A stretch of DNA of 64,000 nucleotides from Octopus vulgaris. Its lineage: Eukaryota. Each line of letters opens with the position of its first letter. Position 1 is the stretch's first letter. The notes beneath the pieces are model-generated. The model made no database searches. It had not been told where the DNA came from and saw only the letters and a program-made list of their open reading frames with translations. The DNA is taken from the NCBI GenBank assembly GCA_951406725.2, contig OX597816.1:127410001-127474000 (forward strand). The letters run 5' to 3'. Below are positions 1 to 13,080 of this stretch, in pieces. The position numbers and the translations under genes were made by a program.

Positions 1-1440
1 TTATCCTCATTCCCACCATTCTAGTTTTCTGAGTAAGGATAGATATGTCGACTCTTTCTTTATATTGCTATTTGTATATTAGTACTTTCTCCTACTATCT
101 GCTATATTTCAGCAGGGTTAGTTGAGAAGTAATTTTCTCTTTTAGTATTGAATAGAGTTTCCCATGATAGAGCAATGGTTCTGTGTCTATTAGGTTAGTT
201 AACCCATTGATGTTCAGATTTGTTTCTATGGAAGGGTTTTCTTAGAGATCTGGTTATATTTAGCTATTATTAGCTGGCATTATTTGTTTACTATTAACTT
301 TGGAAGGTGTTTCCATTGATTTATGAGAACTGCTTTTGTCATGATCAGTTTTTTTTTTTTTTTTTGTTTACTATTTCTGTTAGATGTTCTTCATGGTTGT
401 CTCTGTTTATTCTATTCTTATAAGTGGGATAATTCTGTTTGTTGCAAAATGTGTGGGTTGTAACTATGTTTCCCTGAGGTTAGGTATTCAAATGGTTGAA
501 TACACATGTGTTCATGTGTGTTCATTATTTTATTTTTGGTCTTTTATATTTATTTTTGTGTCTGCTTTTGTTTTGCTATGATGGCTTGTTCTTTTGTATG
601 TTGTCAAATCTGATGTGTTATTTTCACTATGTTGAGAGGAATGATCCATTATATGTATGGTTGATTCTGTTGTCATATTTTCATTGTGATGTTAGGGTCA
701 TCTGTTCTGTGTATGGTTGGTTCAATGAATGTTTAATTCTGTTATACTTCTTTCATTGGATTATGAGAGCTAGTATTTTTGTGTATGGATGGTCCTTTTG
801 TTATAATTTTTAATGCATATTCTTTTAGGAGTTTTCTATTTCTATTATATAATAAAGTTGTTTTTATTTGCTAATTTATTTCAGTTAAAATGTAGTCTGA
901 CATCATTTTTTTTAATTCTCCATATTTCATAAGTTTGTCTTAAGATGATATGTACTGGGAATAATATGGGTAGCATTTGTAAGTGTTATTCTTTGGTCAT
1001 CAATGTTTTCTAAATTTTGTTTTATTTTGATTAACATTACTAGTTAAAAGCAGGTCCTCTTGAAAGGACAATGTAAGAGATATTTATGTGTATATCAAAC
1101 ATGCTATCATGTAGATTTTCTCTAAGAACCTACAACTTAGTGACTCACAGCATTAGTTCCCGACTTCAAAAGTTTGTCTTGCACCCAATTTTTATTCAAT
1201 ATACAAAATAAAATATAAAAAGTGTGCAAGATATTCATATTTTGGTTCTTTAACAGTTCTTCCTGAGAAAGTAAACCTCTTGCAGATTTTGCACCTGAAA
1301 CAGCTTTTTGCCACCTATTTATTTATCATGGCTATACACAAAGTTATAGTTCTGTTCTTCCAAAATGTTTTCTTCGATCAGATTAATTTATTGCTAGTAT
1401 TTTTTCATGCTCTCATGTAAAATAAATTAAAATGTATCTT

Positions 1441-1808
1441 TGGATGTGTGGTAAGAAGCTTGCTTCCCAACCACATGATTCCAGTTTCAGTCTCACTGTG
1501 TGACACCTTGACCAAGTGTCTTCTACTATAGCCTTGGGCTGACCAAAGCCTTGTGAGTGAATTTGGGAGACAGAAACTGAAAGAAACCTCTAGTGTGCAT
1601 GTGTGTGTGTGTTTGTCCCCACCACCATTGCTTGACAATTGATGTTGGTGCGTTTACATCCCCATAACTTAGCAGTTCAGCAAAAGAGTTCAACAGAATA
1701 AGTGCAGGCTTACAGAGAATAAATCCTGGAGTTAATTTCTTCAACTAAAAGGTGATGCTCCAGCATGGATGCAGTCAAAATGACTGAAACAAGTAAAAGA
1801 ATAAAAGA
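1441..1808 (+). mobile_element. tRNA-derived SINE, family A (CORE-like; internal (TG)n; tail ...CAGTCAAAATGACTGAAACAAGTAAAAGA)
   Basis: Degenerate Pol III A/B-box head, CORE-like CACCTTGACCAAGTGTCTTC segment. Same layout as the copies at 38661 and 47689. Confidence 0.85.
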
Positions 1809-2555
1809 ATATCATAAGTTAGCTTTACCCTTCACTCTTTTGGAAATTGATGACCATAATCCCAAACCAACGCAGTGGATTGGCAGAACCAGTAGAATTT
1901 TAGGATGCAACTCATTGTATTCTGACAGTGATGCCTACAATGACACCTGTGCCAAATGTCCTATCCCTTGTACTGGTGGAAAAAAGAGGTTAGATTTGCA
2001 TATGTGGGTAAATATTTGCCATCCATAAAAAACCCTTGTCCCAGCCTGCACCTTGGGAAAGTATTTCTTGATGTAGATCCATGGTCACACTTGACTTATT
2101 AGATGTTCAGACATGGATTAGTCATATTACATATTAAATCCTTGAAAAAAAAAAAAATTTTATCAAAATTATTTTAGTGCTATGCTAGCCAACGAAATTA
2201 TATTTTAAAAGTGAAACCATTGTATTCCTTAGTCATTTTCTGAAAAGAATTAGATATGAAACTATTCATGTGTAAGTATTTAACTGTTCAGCTAGAATAA
2301 ATTTAATATTTTGTTCATATCTATTTCATATTTACTAGTATATCATTCCTGTTTTTTTTTATATGTACTGCATCTTTGAAAATATTTCAAAGTCAGAAAT
2401 TTAAGAGTGGAAATAACATTTTTCTCCATTACCCACAAAAATATTTCTATCAAGGAGTTATTAAATCAATATATTGATTAGGTAATATTATTCCCTCTGC
2501 AATTGTCTTCTTTTATCTAAAGTGTAAAATATAGTGTACAAACTATGATACTCAA

Positions 2556-2556
<1 letters not shown>

Positions 2557-2591
<35 letters not shown>

Positions 2592-2643
2592 GATGATGAG
2601 GATGATGATAATAATAATAATAATAACAATAATAATAATAATG
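2557..2643. repeat. (ATT)n/(AAT)n microsatellite at the 5' edge of a LINE
   Basis: Direct reading. Confidence 0.95.
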
Positions 2644-4179
2644 CATAGTTATATACTACCAAATACTTACTATATAGAAAATGGAACACCAATGTGGATG
2701 ACATAAAATAGAGACTGCAAATACAGAAGGATACAGAAAAGGGAGGTAAATTCAATACTTATAGGCCTATTACATGCTTACTATTACTCTTGAAATTAAC
2801 TGGCCTCATAGTTGATGAAGTATTTAGCTTTCTGAAGAAGAAGAAACTATTATGAGAGCAGCAAAGGGATTCACAAAGGAGTTAGGGGAAATTGTTGATC
2901 TGTTGTATATTTATGGTATGAGGTACAGATAAAAAAAAAAGAGCTTAGCTATTAACTGGAAAGACTACAAAAAAACTTAAGATAATTTCCACGTTGTTGG
3001 CTGTTGGTGTGAGTCAGAACTGCTGGTGGGGAGGGGTCAATGCGAAGATAAACAATTTTTCAGAAAAAGTAATGAGATCATGGGAGGTAGAACTATCATG
3101 CACAAATGATTTGTTAGAAAATGTGAAAATATGCTCAGTGATATTCAAAGGAAACTTGCTCTCTCCATCACGTTTCATCATTGCATTAATCCCCCCAATA
3201 AGCATACTGACAAAATCCAGGCCTGCAGATGTGTTTGATAAACCAGGGTGAAAATATGGGGTAGCCTCAAATTGTATATCAGAAATGAAAAAGACCTGGA
3301 TATTGTAATCCAGGCAATAAATGTATTCAGCAAGGATAATAGCATACAGTTTGGGGTAAGTAAGGACATAATGAAAACTATGAAAGGAGATCAAAATATA
3401 AATATTCTAATGGTATAAAATTACCTCAAGGGAGAATCATTAGATTTCTGAGAAATAATGAGGGATACAAGTGACTAAGAGTGCTGCAGGATGATAGGAT
3501 AAGGGAAAGGAAAATGAGAGTGAAAAAATCTCCAAAGTGTACAGGAGAAAATTTAGGAGGGTATTTTTTAAAAGATTAGAGGGAATATTATAAAAGCAAT
3601 GAACACATGAGCTATGCTAGTATTAAGATACTCTGCTCTCTTTCTAGAATGGACATTGTTACAGGAATTAGATAGAACTAGGAAGCTGCTCACAATGCAC
3701 ACCACCCTAGAAGTAATATCAACAGCTCTACTTACCAAGAAAGGAAGGAGGAAGATTGTTAAACCCAAAAGACACCATTAGTACTGCAATATTGGGCTGA
3801 AAACTATATTTTATGTAGTGAAGAAAGAATACTACTGGCAGATAGAAATAACAGAAATGTTACAGAACAGTGGAAAAATTCAAGAACAGAAAGGAAAATG
3901 ACAGAACAAATAACTGTAAAGAGAATGAATTACATGGCCAATTCACATAACAAACTGAGGACATTGAAAGTAAACAACACTGGTTGTGGCTAAAAGAAGA
4001 AAACTTGAAGTGAGAAATCAGATCACTAATTATAGCCACTCAAGAACAGGCCATTATAAAGAATTTAACAAAGAGAAAGTTTTATAAAATTGATCAGAGA
4101 GCAAATGCAGAATCTACAGGAAAGAAGACAAAAGTATTAAGCATCTCATAAGTGAATACAGAACGTTTTCACAAAAACA

Positions 4180-4644
4180 TTGGGTTGGTACATAATTATT
4201 GCAGCTTTTTTTCAACAAATTTTATTCAACAATAACAATATTTAACAAAAACATTTTAACCCTTTTGTTACCATATTTCTGTTGGGATGCTCTGTGTTTC
4301 TTTCAATTAATTTTAAATATTAAGAAGAATTTAGTAAAATAACTTAGTTATCATTAAGCTAGTGTTAGGAACATAAATTGTGACTAAGGTTTAGTGGAAG
4401 ATTTTAATTCAAAACTTATGAAAACGAGACATTTGTACTCAGAGCCAGAGGCAGTTTCAGCTGGGTTGGTAATGAAAGGGTTAAATGACGGTCTGATCGT
4501 CTGCAAGCAAATGGGAAGCAGTAATTGAAGTAGATGATGAATATGCCCCGGAACAATCATTTAAAGATGTTTTTGTTCCATGTTCTTGTTTTTGTTAAAT
4601 AAAATTTGTTGAAAAATAGCCACAATAATTATGCACCAAACCAA
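4180..4644. mobile_element. Mariner-type MITE
   Basis: TIRs TTGGGTTGGTACATAATTATTGCAGC...CAACAAATTTT and AAAATTTGTTG...GCCACAATAATTATGCACCAAACCAA. CA dinucleotide on both flanks. The LINE reading resumes across the empty site. Confidence 0.85.
4260..4480. mobile_element. piggyBac-type MITE nested inside the mariner MITE
   Basis: TTAA at 4256-4259 and 4481-4484. TIRs CCCTTTTGTTACCA / TGGTAATGAAAGGG (12/14 match). Confidence 0.85.
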
Positions 4645-5146
4645 CAGAAGTGCAGGCATGAGACTGTGTTGGTGAAAGAACGCACTTGAAAACTAGGTGA
4701 GTTTGTGGATTTAGGGTATTAGAGAAGTTGTGTAAATATGAGACCGAGGCTATGATGAAGGATAATAATGGCAGGATTTTATGGGACTTCTCCATAGAGA
4801 CTGATCATACTACTGAAGCAAATAGACCAGATATGATTCTAGGGAACAAAGGAAAAAGAGCAAAATCATAGACTAAGAAAGAGAGTAAGATTGGACGTAT
4901 CCAGAGAAACAAAGATTGTAGAAGACTGGGGTGATAATTTGTTCTGTGGTAATCAGTGCTCTTGAGACAGCACCCAAACTGCTAAGTGGCTGAAGAATAT
5001 TAGAAATGAGGCATGCATTGTCAACCTGCATAACAGTGCATTCCTGTATTTTGTAAGAATCCTAAGAAAGATTCTTGAGAATTCAAGTGACTTGTTTTTA
5101 CCAAACTGCAAAACAACATCCCTGCTAGCTAATGTAACATGTAATA

Positions 5147-5345
5147 GCTACACAAGGCTTGAAATTTTAGGAAGCGGGGCTTGCTAATTACATCAGCTTC
5201 AGTGCTCAACTGATACCTACTTCATCGACCCCTAACAGGATGAAAGGCAAAGTTGACCTTAGTGGAATGTGAACTCAGAACGTAGGGATGGGTGAAATGT
5301 CACTTAGCATTTTGCCCAACATGCTAACAATTCTGCCAGCTTGAC
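5147..5345 (-). mobile_element. SINE family B (Meta-domain-like core GACTTTGCCTTTCATCCTTTCGGGGTCGAT)
   Basis: Reverse complement of the family seen intact at 46211. Confidence 0.8.
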
Positions 5346-5601
5346 TAAGAATAATAATAATAATGTCTTCAATGACACCTGTACCAAGCTTACTTTCTCT
5401 TGTAGCACATCAGTGGTATGAGGAGACTGGCATTCATAGAGGATTGCTTGCTTTCCATAAATAAATCTTTGCCTCAGCCTCTTTCTTGAATAGAAACTTC
5501 TCTGGTGTAAATCCATGGTGAACAATAAATGCAAGATTTTATGGGATTTCTCCATAAGAATGTGTTGAATCCAGGAGGAGAGAAAACAAAACGGCATAAG
5601 A

Positions 5602-5782
5602 TCAGGCCTTGTGTAGCTATTACATGTTACATTAGCTAGCGGGGATGTTGTTTTGCAGTTTGGTAAAATCAAGTCACCTGAATTCTCAAGAATCTTTCTT
5701 AAGATCTTTGTAAAATGCAGGAATGCATTGCTATACAGGTTGACAATACATACCTCATTTCAAATATCCTTCAGCCACTTAG
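5602..5782 (-). repeat. Inverted copy of 4982-5162 (LINE 3' end)
   Basis: TCAGGCCTTGTGTAGCTATTACATGTTACATTAGCTAGC...TTCAGCCACTTAG is the reverse complement of 4982-5162 with scattered mismatches. Confidence 0.9.
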
Positions 5783-5879
5783 ATAACAGCGGCTTTCATA
5801 TCCATTTTACTATCATATGAAACTGAAAAAAGGCATGAGAAATATCAGGATATTACCTAAGAAATGAAGAGATTGTGAA

Positions 5880-6100
5880 ACACAAAAATGAAAACTGTTA
5901 CTGTGGGCACAACGCCCAAGCTGCAGCTTAAGAGGCGGAAGGATATTAGAATTAAGTAACATACTGCTGTCCTGCAGAAAAGTATCATCCTGTATTCTAC
6001 AAGAATCTTAAGAAAGATTTTTGAGATTTGGGGCTAATTGTCGCCAAACCTCAGGATGATATCCCTGCTAATTAAATTAGTATGTAATAGCTTTTGTGTA
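5880..6100 (+). mobile_element. Additional R4/Dong-like LINE 3'-end fragment
   Basis: Similar to 4960-5150 (CAAGAATCTTAAGAAAGATTTTTGAG...ATCCCTGCTAA...ATGTAATAGC). Confidence 0.65.
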
Positions 6101-7434
6101 GCAATGCCAATAAGTATTTCTAATTTAGGGACAAGAGCAGCAATTTTGAAGAAAAGGGAAATTTTAAATAGTCCTCTATACCTGCACATTTGATGTTGAT
6201 GGCACCATCTTATGTTGTGTATGTATGTATATATGTATGTATGCATGTATGTATATGTATGTATCTATGTATGTATGTGTGTATCTATCTATTTATCTAT
6301 ATATCTATCTATTTAACTATCTATCAATGTATGAAAAATTTTAAACATACATATATAAAATTTATATAATTCTATATAATTTTATATATAATCTGGGTAG
6401 AGATGCAGCAGAGGCAGTTTGTATTTTTTAAGCAAATGTGTGTGTGTGTGTGTGAGGGAGAGAGAGAGAGAGCGAGAGAGAATTACAGATGGGAAATTGA
6501 TAGGATCTCATACCTACCAGTTTCAAAATTTCTGTAACACTGATGTTACAAAATTAAGACAACAAGAGTTAAAGCACCACTTGGTTTAAAATACAGTCTA
6601 AGCTATAACATATTCTCAGCAAACCTACAGCCCATTCTCAATAGTTAAGCAAACTTACTCAGGGTTATACAATTAAGAGTTAAATCTACATATATTTTAT
6701 TCATTGTTAGTCATTCATTTAGTTTTTCTATCTTCTTCCTTAGTATTTCACATTTATGAATCCAGAAATCTATCCATCTGAAATGAGATAATAAGTGAAT
6801 AATATTGAATGTTTTTAACATGCGAGTTTAACTGTAATTTTTAATGTCACTTAAAATGTTCAAGTTTAAATGAAGAATATTCTCTGTGAAGTAAACAATT
6901 CAGTGTTCTTGATGTTTGATCAATATTTTAAATGTTAAGAAATGTAGTGTAATTTTCTTTTATTCTTCTGAACACATATCAGGCTATCTTTAATTACTTT
7001 AAGACATTCCTCTATGGAATTGGGTTTACCGAACCAATTTCTATTGATTCTTTGAGAGAAAAAAAAATGATCAGTTGGAATAGCTTTTTACATTTTCTTT
7101 CTAATTGCTTTTGTGAAATAAAAGCTGAAGTGCTTTATTTCTTGATTTATTTGATTTCCTATGCAATTTGTTTATTTCAGAAAATTATCAGAAGAATTGA
7201 CACTCATTCAGGAAAATATTAACAGACATTGTTATTTCCATTCTAATTTTTAAGAATTTAGAAAACCTTGATAAGTTTTATTTCAAAAGATGTCTTCTGC
7301 TTCCATTGAAGTTATCTACTTCATCAGATGCTTTTCTTATGACAAAAATAATTGAATGAAAGAGTCAGTTGATGTATATTTACAATTGCGTATATTCATC
7401 TGCTTTGTATATTTGTATTTGTGTGTTCCAGTGT

Positions 7435-7478
<44 letters not shown>

Positions 7479-8436
7479 GGGGTTGGTTGATGTAAATTTA
7501 CAATTGAATATATTCATTTCCTTTGTATGTGTATTTGTATTCTTACGTATGAGCATGTATGTATATAAGTTGGTTGATATATATTTACAATTGCTTACAT
7601 TCAGCTGTGTGTGTGTGTGTGTGTGTGTTTTCCTATGCATATTAGAATGTGTATATATATATATATGTTCAAGTGAGTAATTGTGTATTTTATTCTTGTA
7701 TACGTATGCAGGTTTTTCTTTTAGTACAAAGGCTTTTTAAAATTTTATTATAAGATTGCATTTTCTTCTGCAAGAAGAAGCTTCTGGTAGAAGCATTTAT
7801 TTGTCTTTGTATAAGAATACATTCAAGTTGTAAGTGGAGAAACTATTCAACTATTCCTCATATATTTTACTAAAAACTTTCGAGAATTTTGCATTTTTTT
7901 TATGGTCATCTCTTGTTTTAACTATGAAATCCCTGAGATCATATAGCATATAGAGCTCATTGATATATTTGACAGTACATGAAAGATAATAATTGGAAGG
8001 GTTAATCTACAAGAATTTTCTGATACACATACACATAAGCATGCATGGTCATGAATGCAGACATGCACACGTACACACACTGACATGCTTTTGGTTTATG
8101 AAAAGAGAAAAATGCTTAATAATTATAATAAAGTTCATTCATTAGAAGCTGAGACTTAGCAACTCTGAGTAGTGAAGGAAAAAATGAAAATTATCATCGA
8201 AAATGAATTATAGATGTGTGTGTGTGCGTGTATATATGTGTGTGTGTGTGCATGTATATATGTGTGTGTGTGTGCATGTATATAGATGAATATATATGAG
8301 TGTTTATTAATGACATAGGGGTTTCATAAAATATCTTAAATCAGCTTACAGATGTTAACCAATTAAGAGTTTCATAAAAAATTCTACTTCTAGTATTTAT
8401 ACATATGCATATGTGTATTTATTTTCATTTAATATG

Positions 8437-8483
<47 letters not shown>

Positions 8484-8757
8484 CTTAATATAGATGTGTG
8501 TGTTTACATGCATATGGAGAATTGATGTATAAATACCATAGGATGTACCCACAGTAATTAAGAGATCAATTAATAATAGATCGTTAAACTCCAAAATATT
8601 GCAGTAAATCTATGTAAGATTGACATGTATGTATGTACATAGTTGGTTAAAATTATCTCTATGAACAACATATTTAGAATAAAAGCAGGAAAGCTTAAAT
8701 TTCAGATATAGTTCATACTATAAGCACAGAAAATGTATATATTTAGTGTTCAACAAA

Positions 8758-8896
8758 TGAATGTGTGTGTGTGTGTGTGTGAGTGTGTATGTATATATGT
8801 ATGTACATATATATTTAATTTAGATACACAATATAAACAAACATACATACATATACATATACATATATATATATACACACATACATATATACATAT

Positions 8897-8928
<32 letters not shown>

Positions 8929-8975
8929 ATATACATACATATATGTATGTATATATATGTATGTATGAATGTATG
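8758..8975. repeat. Compound (TG)n/(TA)n/(TACA)n microsatellite
   Basis: Direct reading. Confidence 0.95.
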
Positions 8976-9439
8976 TTTATATTCTTTATCTAAATTAAAT
9001 GTCCTTTTCAAGTGACACAAAATATTTTTTTGTTTTTCATTTTTACTTTAATATATATATGTGAATTTTTATGGCATATTGTAGAGTTATAAGTGCATAA
9101 ATGTACTGATGAGTGTATGTATGTGTGCATGTGTGTGTGTGTGTGTGCATATATATGTATGTGTGTATATCTTTACGTCTATACATCTTTGTAGATTCAA
9201 AGTTGATTTTCTCTGCTTCCACATTAAATTTTGGCATGTGAAATGAGAATACTTTTAACTTTCAAGTTTGAAAAATTATAATCTTATTAACAACAACTTG
9301 TCTCAGACATTTAATTTATACATACATTTAACAGTATATTGTTTAATATGTTGTTTAAAACATTGTTTAACACAAACACACACACACACACCGTGTGTGT
9401 ATTGAAGCCCATCAGGTCCGTATATGTAAGCTCATCTTA

Positions 9440-9670
9440 TATTTTGGCATAGGTTGGATGGTTGACAGTAACCAATGAACCAGAGACTGAATTTTGTTCT
9501 AATATCTGCTTTGAAAAACATTTCTGTTCATGGGGACGTATTATCTTAATTGGAGACAGGTAAGAGTTGGGGACAGGAAGGGAATCCACGATAGAAAATC
9601 TGCCTCAGTAAATTCCAACTGACCCATGCAAGCATGGAAAAGTAGATATTAAATCAATGTTGATGATGGT
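9440..9670 (+). mobile_element. Degenerate repeat family D (RTE-like 3' tail ...CCATGCAAGCATGGAAAAG...(GAT)n)
   Basis: Tail shared with the copies at 27100, 36032 (reverse) and 41975. Confidence 0.6.
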
Positions 9671-12600
9671 GATATACTGAATATTCAAATAAATGTCTCT
9701 GATGACCAGTTTATATCCTATGATAAAGATGTTCAGAGGGATGATTTCTTTTTGTTTTTTGTTTTTTTTATACCCTTCTTGGCTAACTTTTATGAGTGTT
9801 GACAGTAGAATTATATTAGTGGTAAGTTTACCTCCTTGATAGCTTAAATGTATTGTGCCTTGACCCCTTGCATCTCCAAAGCCTGCACACTACACATTGT
9901 TTAATCTTGATTTTACTACATTAAAATGAACAGCAATTTTAAATTCCACTAAATATTGTAATGCAACATTTACAAACATTTTTTCCACTATTGCTTTATC
10001 ATTTGTGAATACAGACTGCATGCAATTATAATAAAAGTTCTGTGAATTTCACATCAAAACTGACATTTGAGTAGATAGTAAAAAAGAGACCATAATATGA
10101 TGACTGTAATTGAAAAGGATAATCAGTTAATATATAGATGATACACGCAATGAAAGACCTTCTTGATCTCTGTGTATAATTTCAGAATTGTCATTTGCAT
10201 AACTCTTTTTAATGTTCTTCATTAATATCTTATCTATTTATGGTTTCCAAATACTCATTCTTCATAACTGCTCTAGCCATTTTCTATTCCTTATTCATTT
10301 TTCTATCATCACTAGCATCTTATAAACTTAGTAATTTTTATTAACTGATTCAATAACCTTTTACTATTCCCTTTCAGAAATCAGAATTTTCTCCATAGCT
10401 AAAGTCATTGTAACTGTTTTGTGGTCTAACTTTTATATATCTGATCATCTCTACTGCAAAGAACATATTCTAAATAAGCTAAAGATATCACCTCTGTGCA
10501 AGTACTTGACCTCGTAGAAATAGCAGCCAAATTTCTGCAGATAACTGCCATATTAAAAGGGAAAGGATACATCGTAATCTATGTTATAGAAAATGAAATA
10601 GTCATTGTTGGTATGTTCAGTGATCACCAAGTGCAGTATTGTACTTCATGAGTACATAAACATGAAGTAAATTGGTGTAAGCAAATGTATATGAAATGAC
10701 ACAAATTTAACTTATAATATTACTTATTCTACTTTATTTGAATTGTAAAATATCTTGCGTCTCACCATATCGAAACATATCTCATGGCCCCAGCAGACAA
10801 AACAGAAAAGGCATTGCCCCAGTGGATGGCAAGGGAGAAATGCTGGAAAATATTGAACACTGGTCTTCATATGCCTTCTTACAGTGCTTTTTCCTAACAT
10901 TTATATTATGAATCCCTTCCTGTATACATTCTAATCAATTCTGAAATATCAATTAAGTTACAATAATGGTTCAGCAATTCTTTGAGATTTAATTATTTTC
11001 CATGATAACCTTCTGCAACTAGCACCATCTATGCATAAAGTTAAAGAAAACCCCAATAGGAATCCATGGTATCAGTTCTCTCCCTTGATACTAGTAAGTT
11101 AAAATCTAATACACCATTTGAGCTGTAATTCAATTTTCTGTGTTTTTGTTTGATTCTAAACATTCTACATACTTTCTGCTTGTATCTTTCTTTCATCCTC
11201 TTACACACACACACACACACACTACTGTATAAGGGTGTGGTTGTGTATGTGTGCATGTGGATAATAGATATGTCTCAGTTCTTCTAAAATGAGGCATTTT
11301 ACACTGTTGTGCTCTTAATTAGAACTATAAAGACAGCATTTCTGTAAGTGAAAGAATCTTGATTCCATTATATAAACTTAATATGTATGTTATTACTTTG
11401 CTGTGGAATATAATTTTGTTTTATTTTTGATATGTAAGTTCACTGTTACAGTTTGTCCACTTTTCTGTCTGCTTCTGTATTTTGTCTTTAACTTTAACCC
11501 TTCCTTCATCTTTCTCTGTCTCTTTCTCTCTCTCTCTCTGTCTTTCTCTCTCTTTCTCTGTCCCCCCCTCTCACTTTCTCTTTGCATTTTTTTTCACCTT
11601 TTACGCTAGCTGACAAGCATAGACATAAAGCAAATAAGTGAATTTTGAACTGATTTTCAATTCCTATTAACATTAAAATATTCAAAATGCCAATTTCTTT
11701 CTTTCAATGTAAATTTGAATTTTATTCCAATATCTTTCAATATACTTTGATGAATATTTATTTACATGCCAATCCAACCCTTGCCAGTATAGAAAAATAG
11801 GTTTTAAATTGGTAATGATGATAGTAGCAATGATGATGATGTTAGAAGAGAATTTATTTATTTATTAGTACAGAGGTATGTATGCAAGAATTGTACCATG
11901 TTATTCTATCATTTCAATCTTTGAATGCAAGTTATATAATTGTCCTGAAAAAGCATACAAAAGAGATTTCATGCCAATATGCTTATTTATGCTGTACTAA
12001 AATATAACAAAGGAAGCAGACTACCCCTCTTAAATTATTGATGTTGTATTTTGAGCAATTTCATACCCTAGCATTTTCAGGAGCCACTTTACATTGATAT
12101 GCCTTGCACAGGTAGATAGTCAATACATTTTGGTCTTGCTAATGTCAGAAAGAGACATAGAATTATTCAGCTACAAAATTATCTATCAAGATCAATATTA
12201 AAAAAAAAGAGACGCTTACTCATTGTTATTATCTGCAATATAGCAATGTCCAATATTATATGTAATAGCTTACATTTATCGTAACAAGGACTTAAGAGTT
12301 ACCATACCTGAACATTTGTTCACAGGTCTTGCAGCAACCTGGAAACTTTCTTTAAACATGTTACTTTCTTTATTTTTGTGTAAGTACATATGTGATTTAG
12401 AACTGTAATTTCAATTGTCAATTGTTATATATACACCTGGTAATTTTAAATCAAGTTATTTTATTAATGACATAGGGATTTCATAAAATATCTTAAATCA
12501 GCTTGCAGATGCTAACCAACTAAGAGTTTCATTAATAATATTCTACTTCTTCCAGTATGTGTGTGTATGTGCATTTGTTTTTACTTAATTTTGGCTGAGC

Positions 12601-12884
12601 TATGATTGATTTCATCTTTAAAATGTTATTTTTAAGTTAATTTCCCTTATACATTTTTAAAAATCTATTATAAATAAAGGATTTTGCATCATGATAGTCT
12701 ACAGTTCTAAATACATAGAGAGGAAAGCAGAGTCCCATAATATTACCACATAAAATTTGATTTGTTTTGGTCGAGTCATTTGAAAATGCATTGGAAACAG
12801 TCAGAGATACAAAGGATTTTATATATAGATAGAGAGACTGGCAGAGATAAAAGGCATTGCTTGGGAGTAAAATGGCAGAGATTT

Positions 12885-13080
12885 TTATTGTTTTACTTGT
12901 TTCAGTCATGTAACTGAAGCCATGCTGAAGCACCACCTTTAGTCGAACAAATCAACTCCAGGATATATTCTTTGTAAGCCTAGTACTTATACTATTGGTG
13001 TCTTTTGCCAAACCACTGATTTACAGGGATGTAAACACAGCAACATTGGTTGTCAAGCAATGGAGTGGATACAAACACAT
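12885..13080 (-). mobile_element. SINE family A, 3' half
   Basis: TTTTACTTGTTTCAGTCATG...GCCATGCTGAAGCACCACC is the reverse complement of the family tail. Confidence 0.8.

Larger units (their letters stand above)
2645..5150 (+). mobile_element. Decayed R4/Dong-like non-LTR retrotransposon (RT + REL endonuclease), interrupted by nested MITEs
   Basis: Hand translation gives TYRPITCL (~2760), SLAINWKDYKK (~2945), IFKGNLLSPSRFIIALIP (ORF 2994-3251; cf. GIFQGDSLSP), DRTRKLLTMH..LYLPRKEGG (~3670-3750), SLIIATQEQA (~4025) and GRILWDFSIETDHTTEANRPDM (~4770-4835). Many stops and frameshifts. Confidence 0.85.

Noticed and set aside
1-1000. Strand-skewed, T-rich segment with hydrophobic ORFs (384-813)
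   Set aside because: The ORFs reflect base composition. It may be a decayed retroelement on the minus strand, but I could not find a diagnostic motif.
3014-3394. 126-aa minus-strand ORF
   Set aside because: Antisense to the decayed LINE RT on the plus strand.
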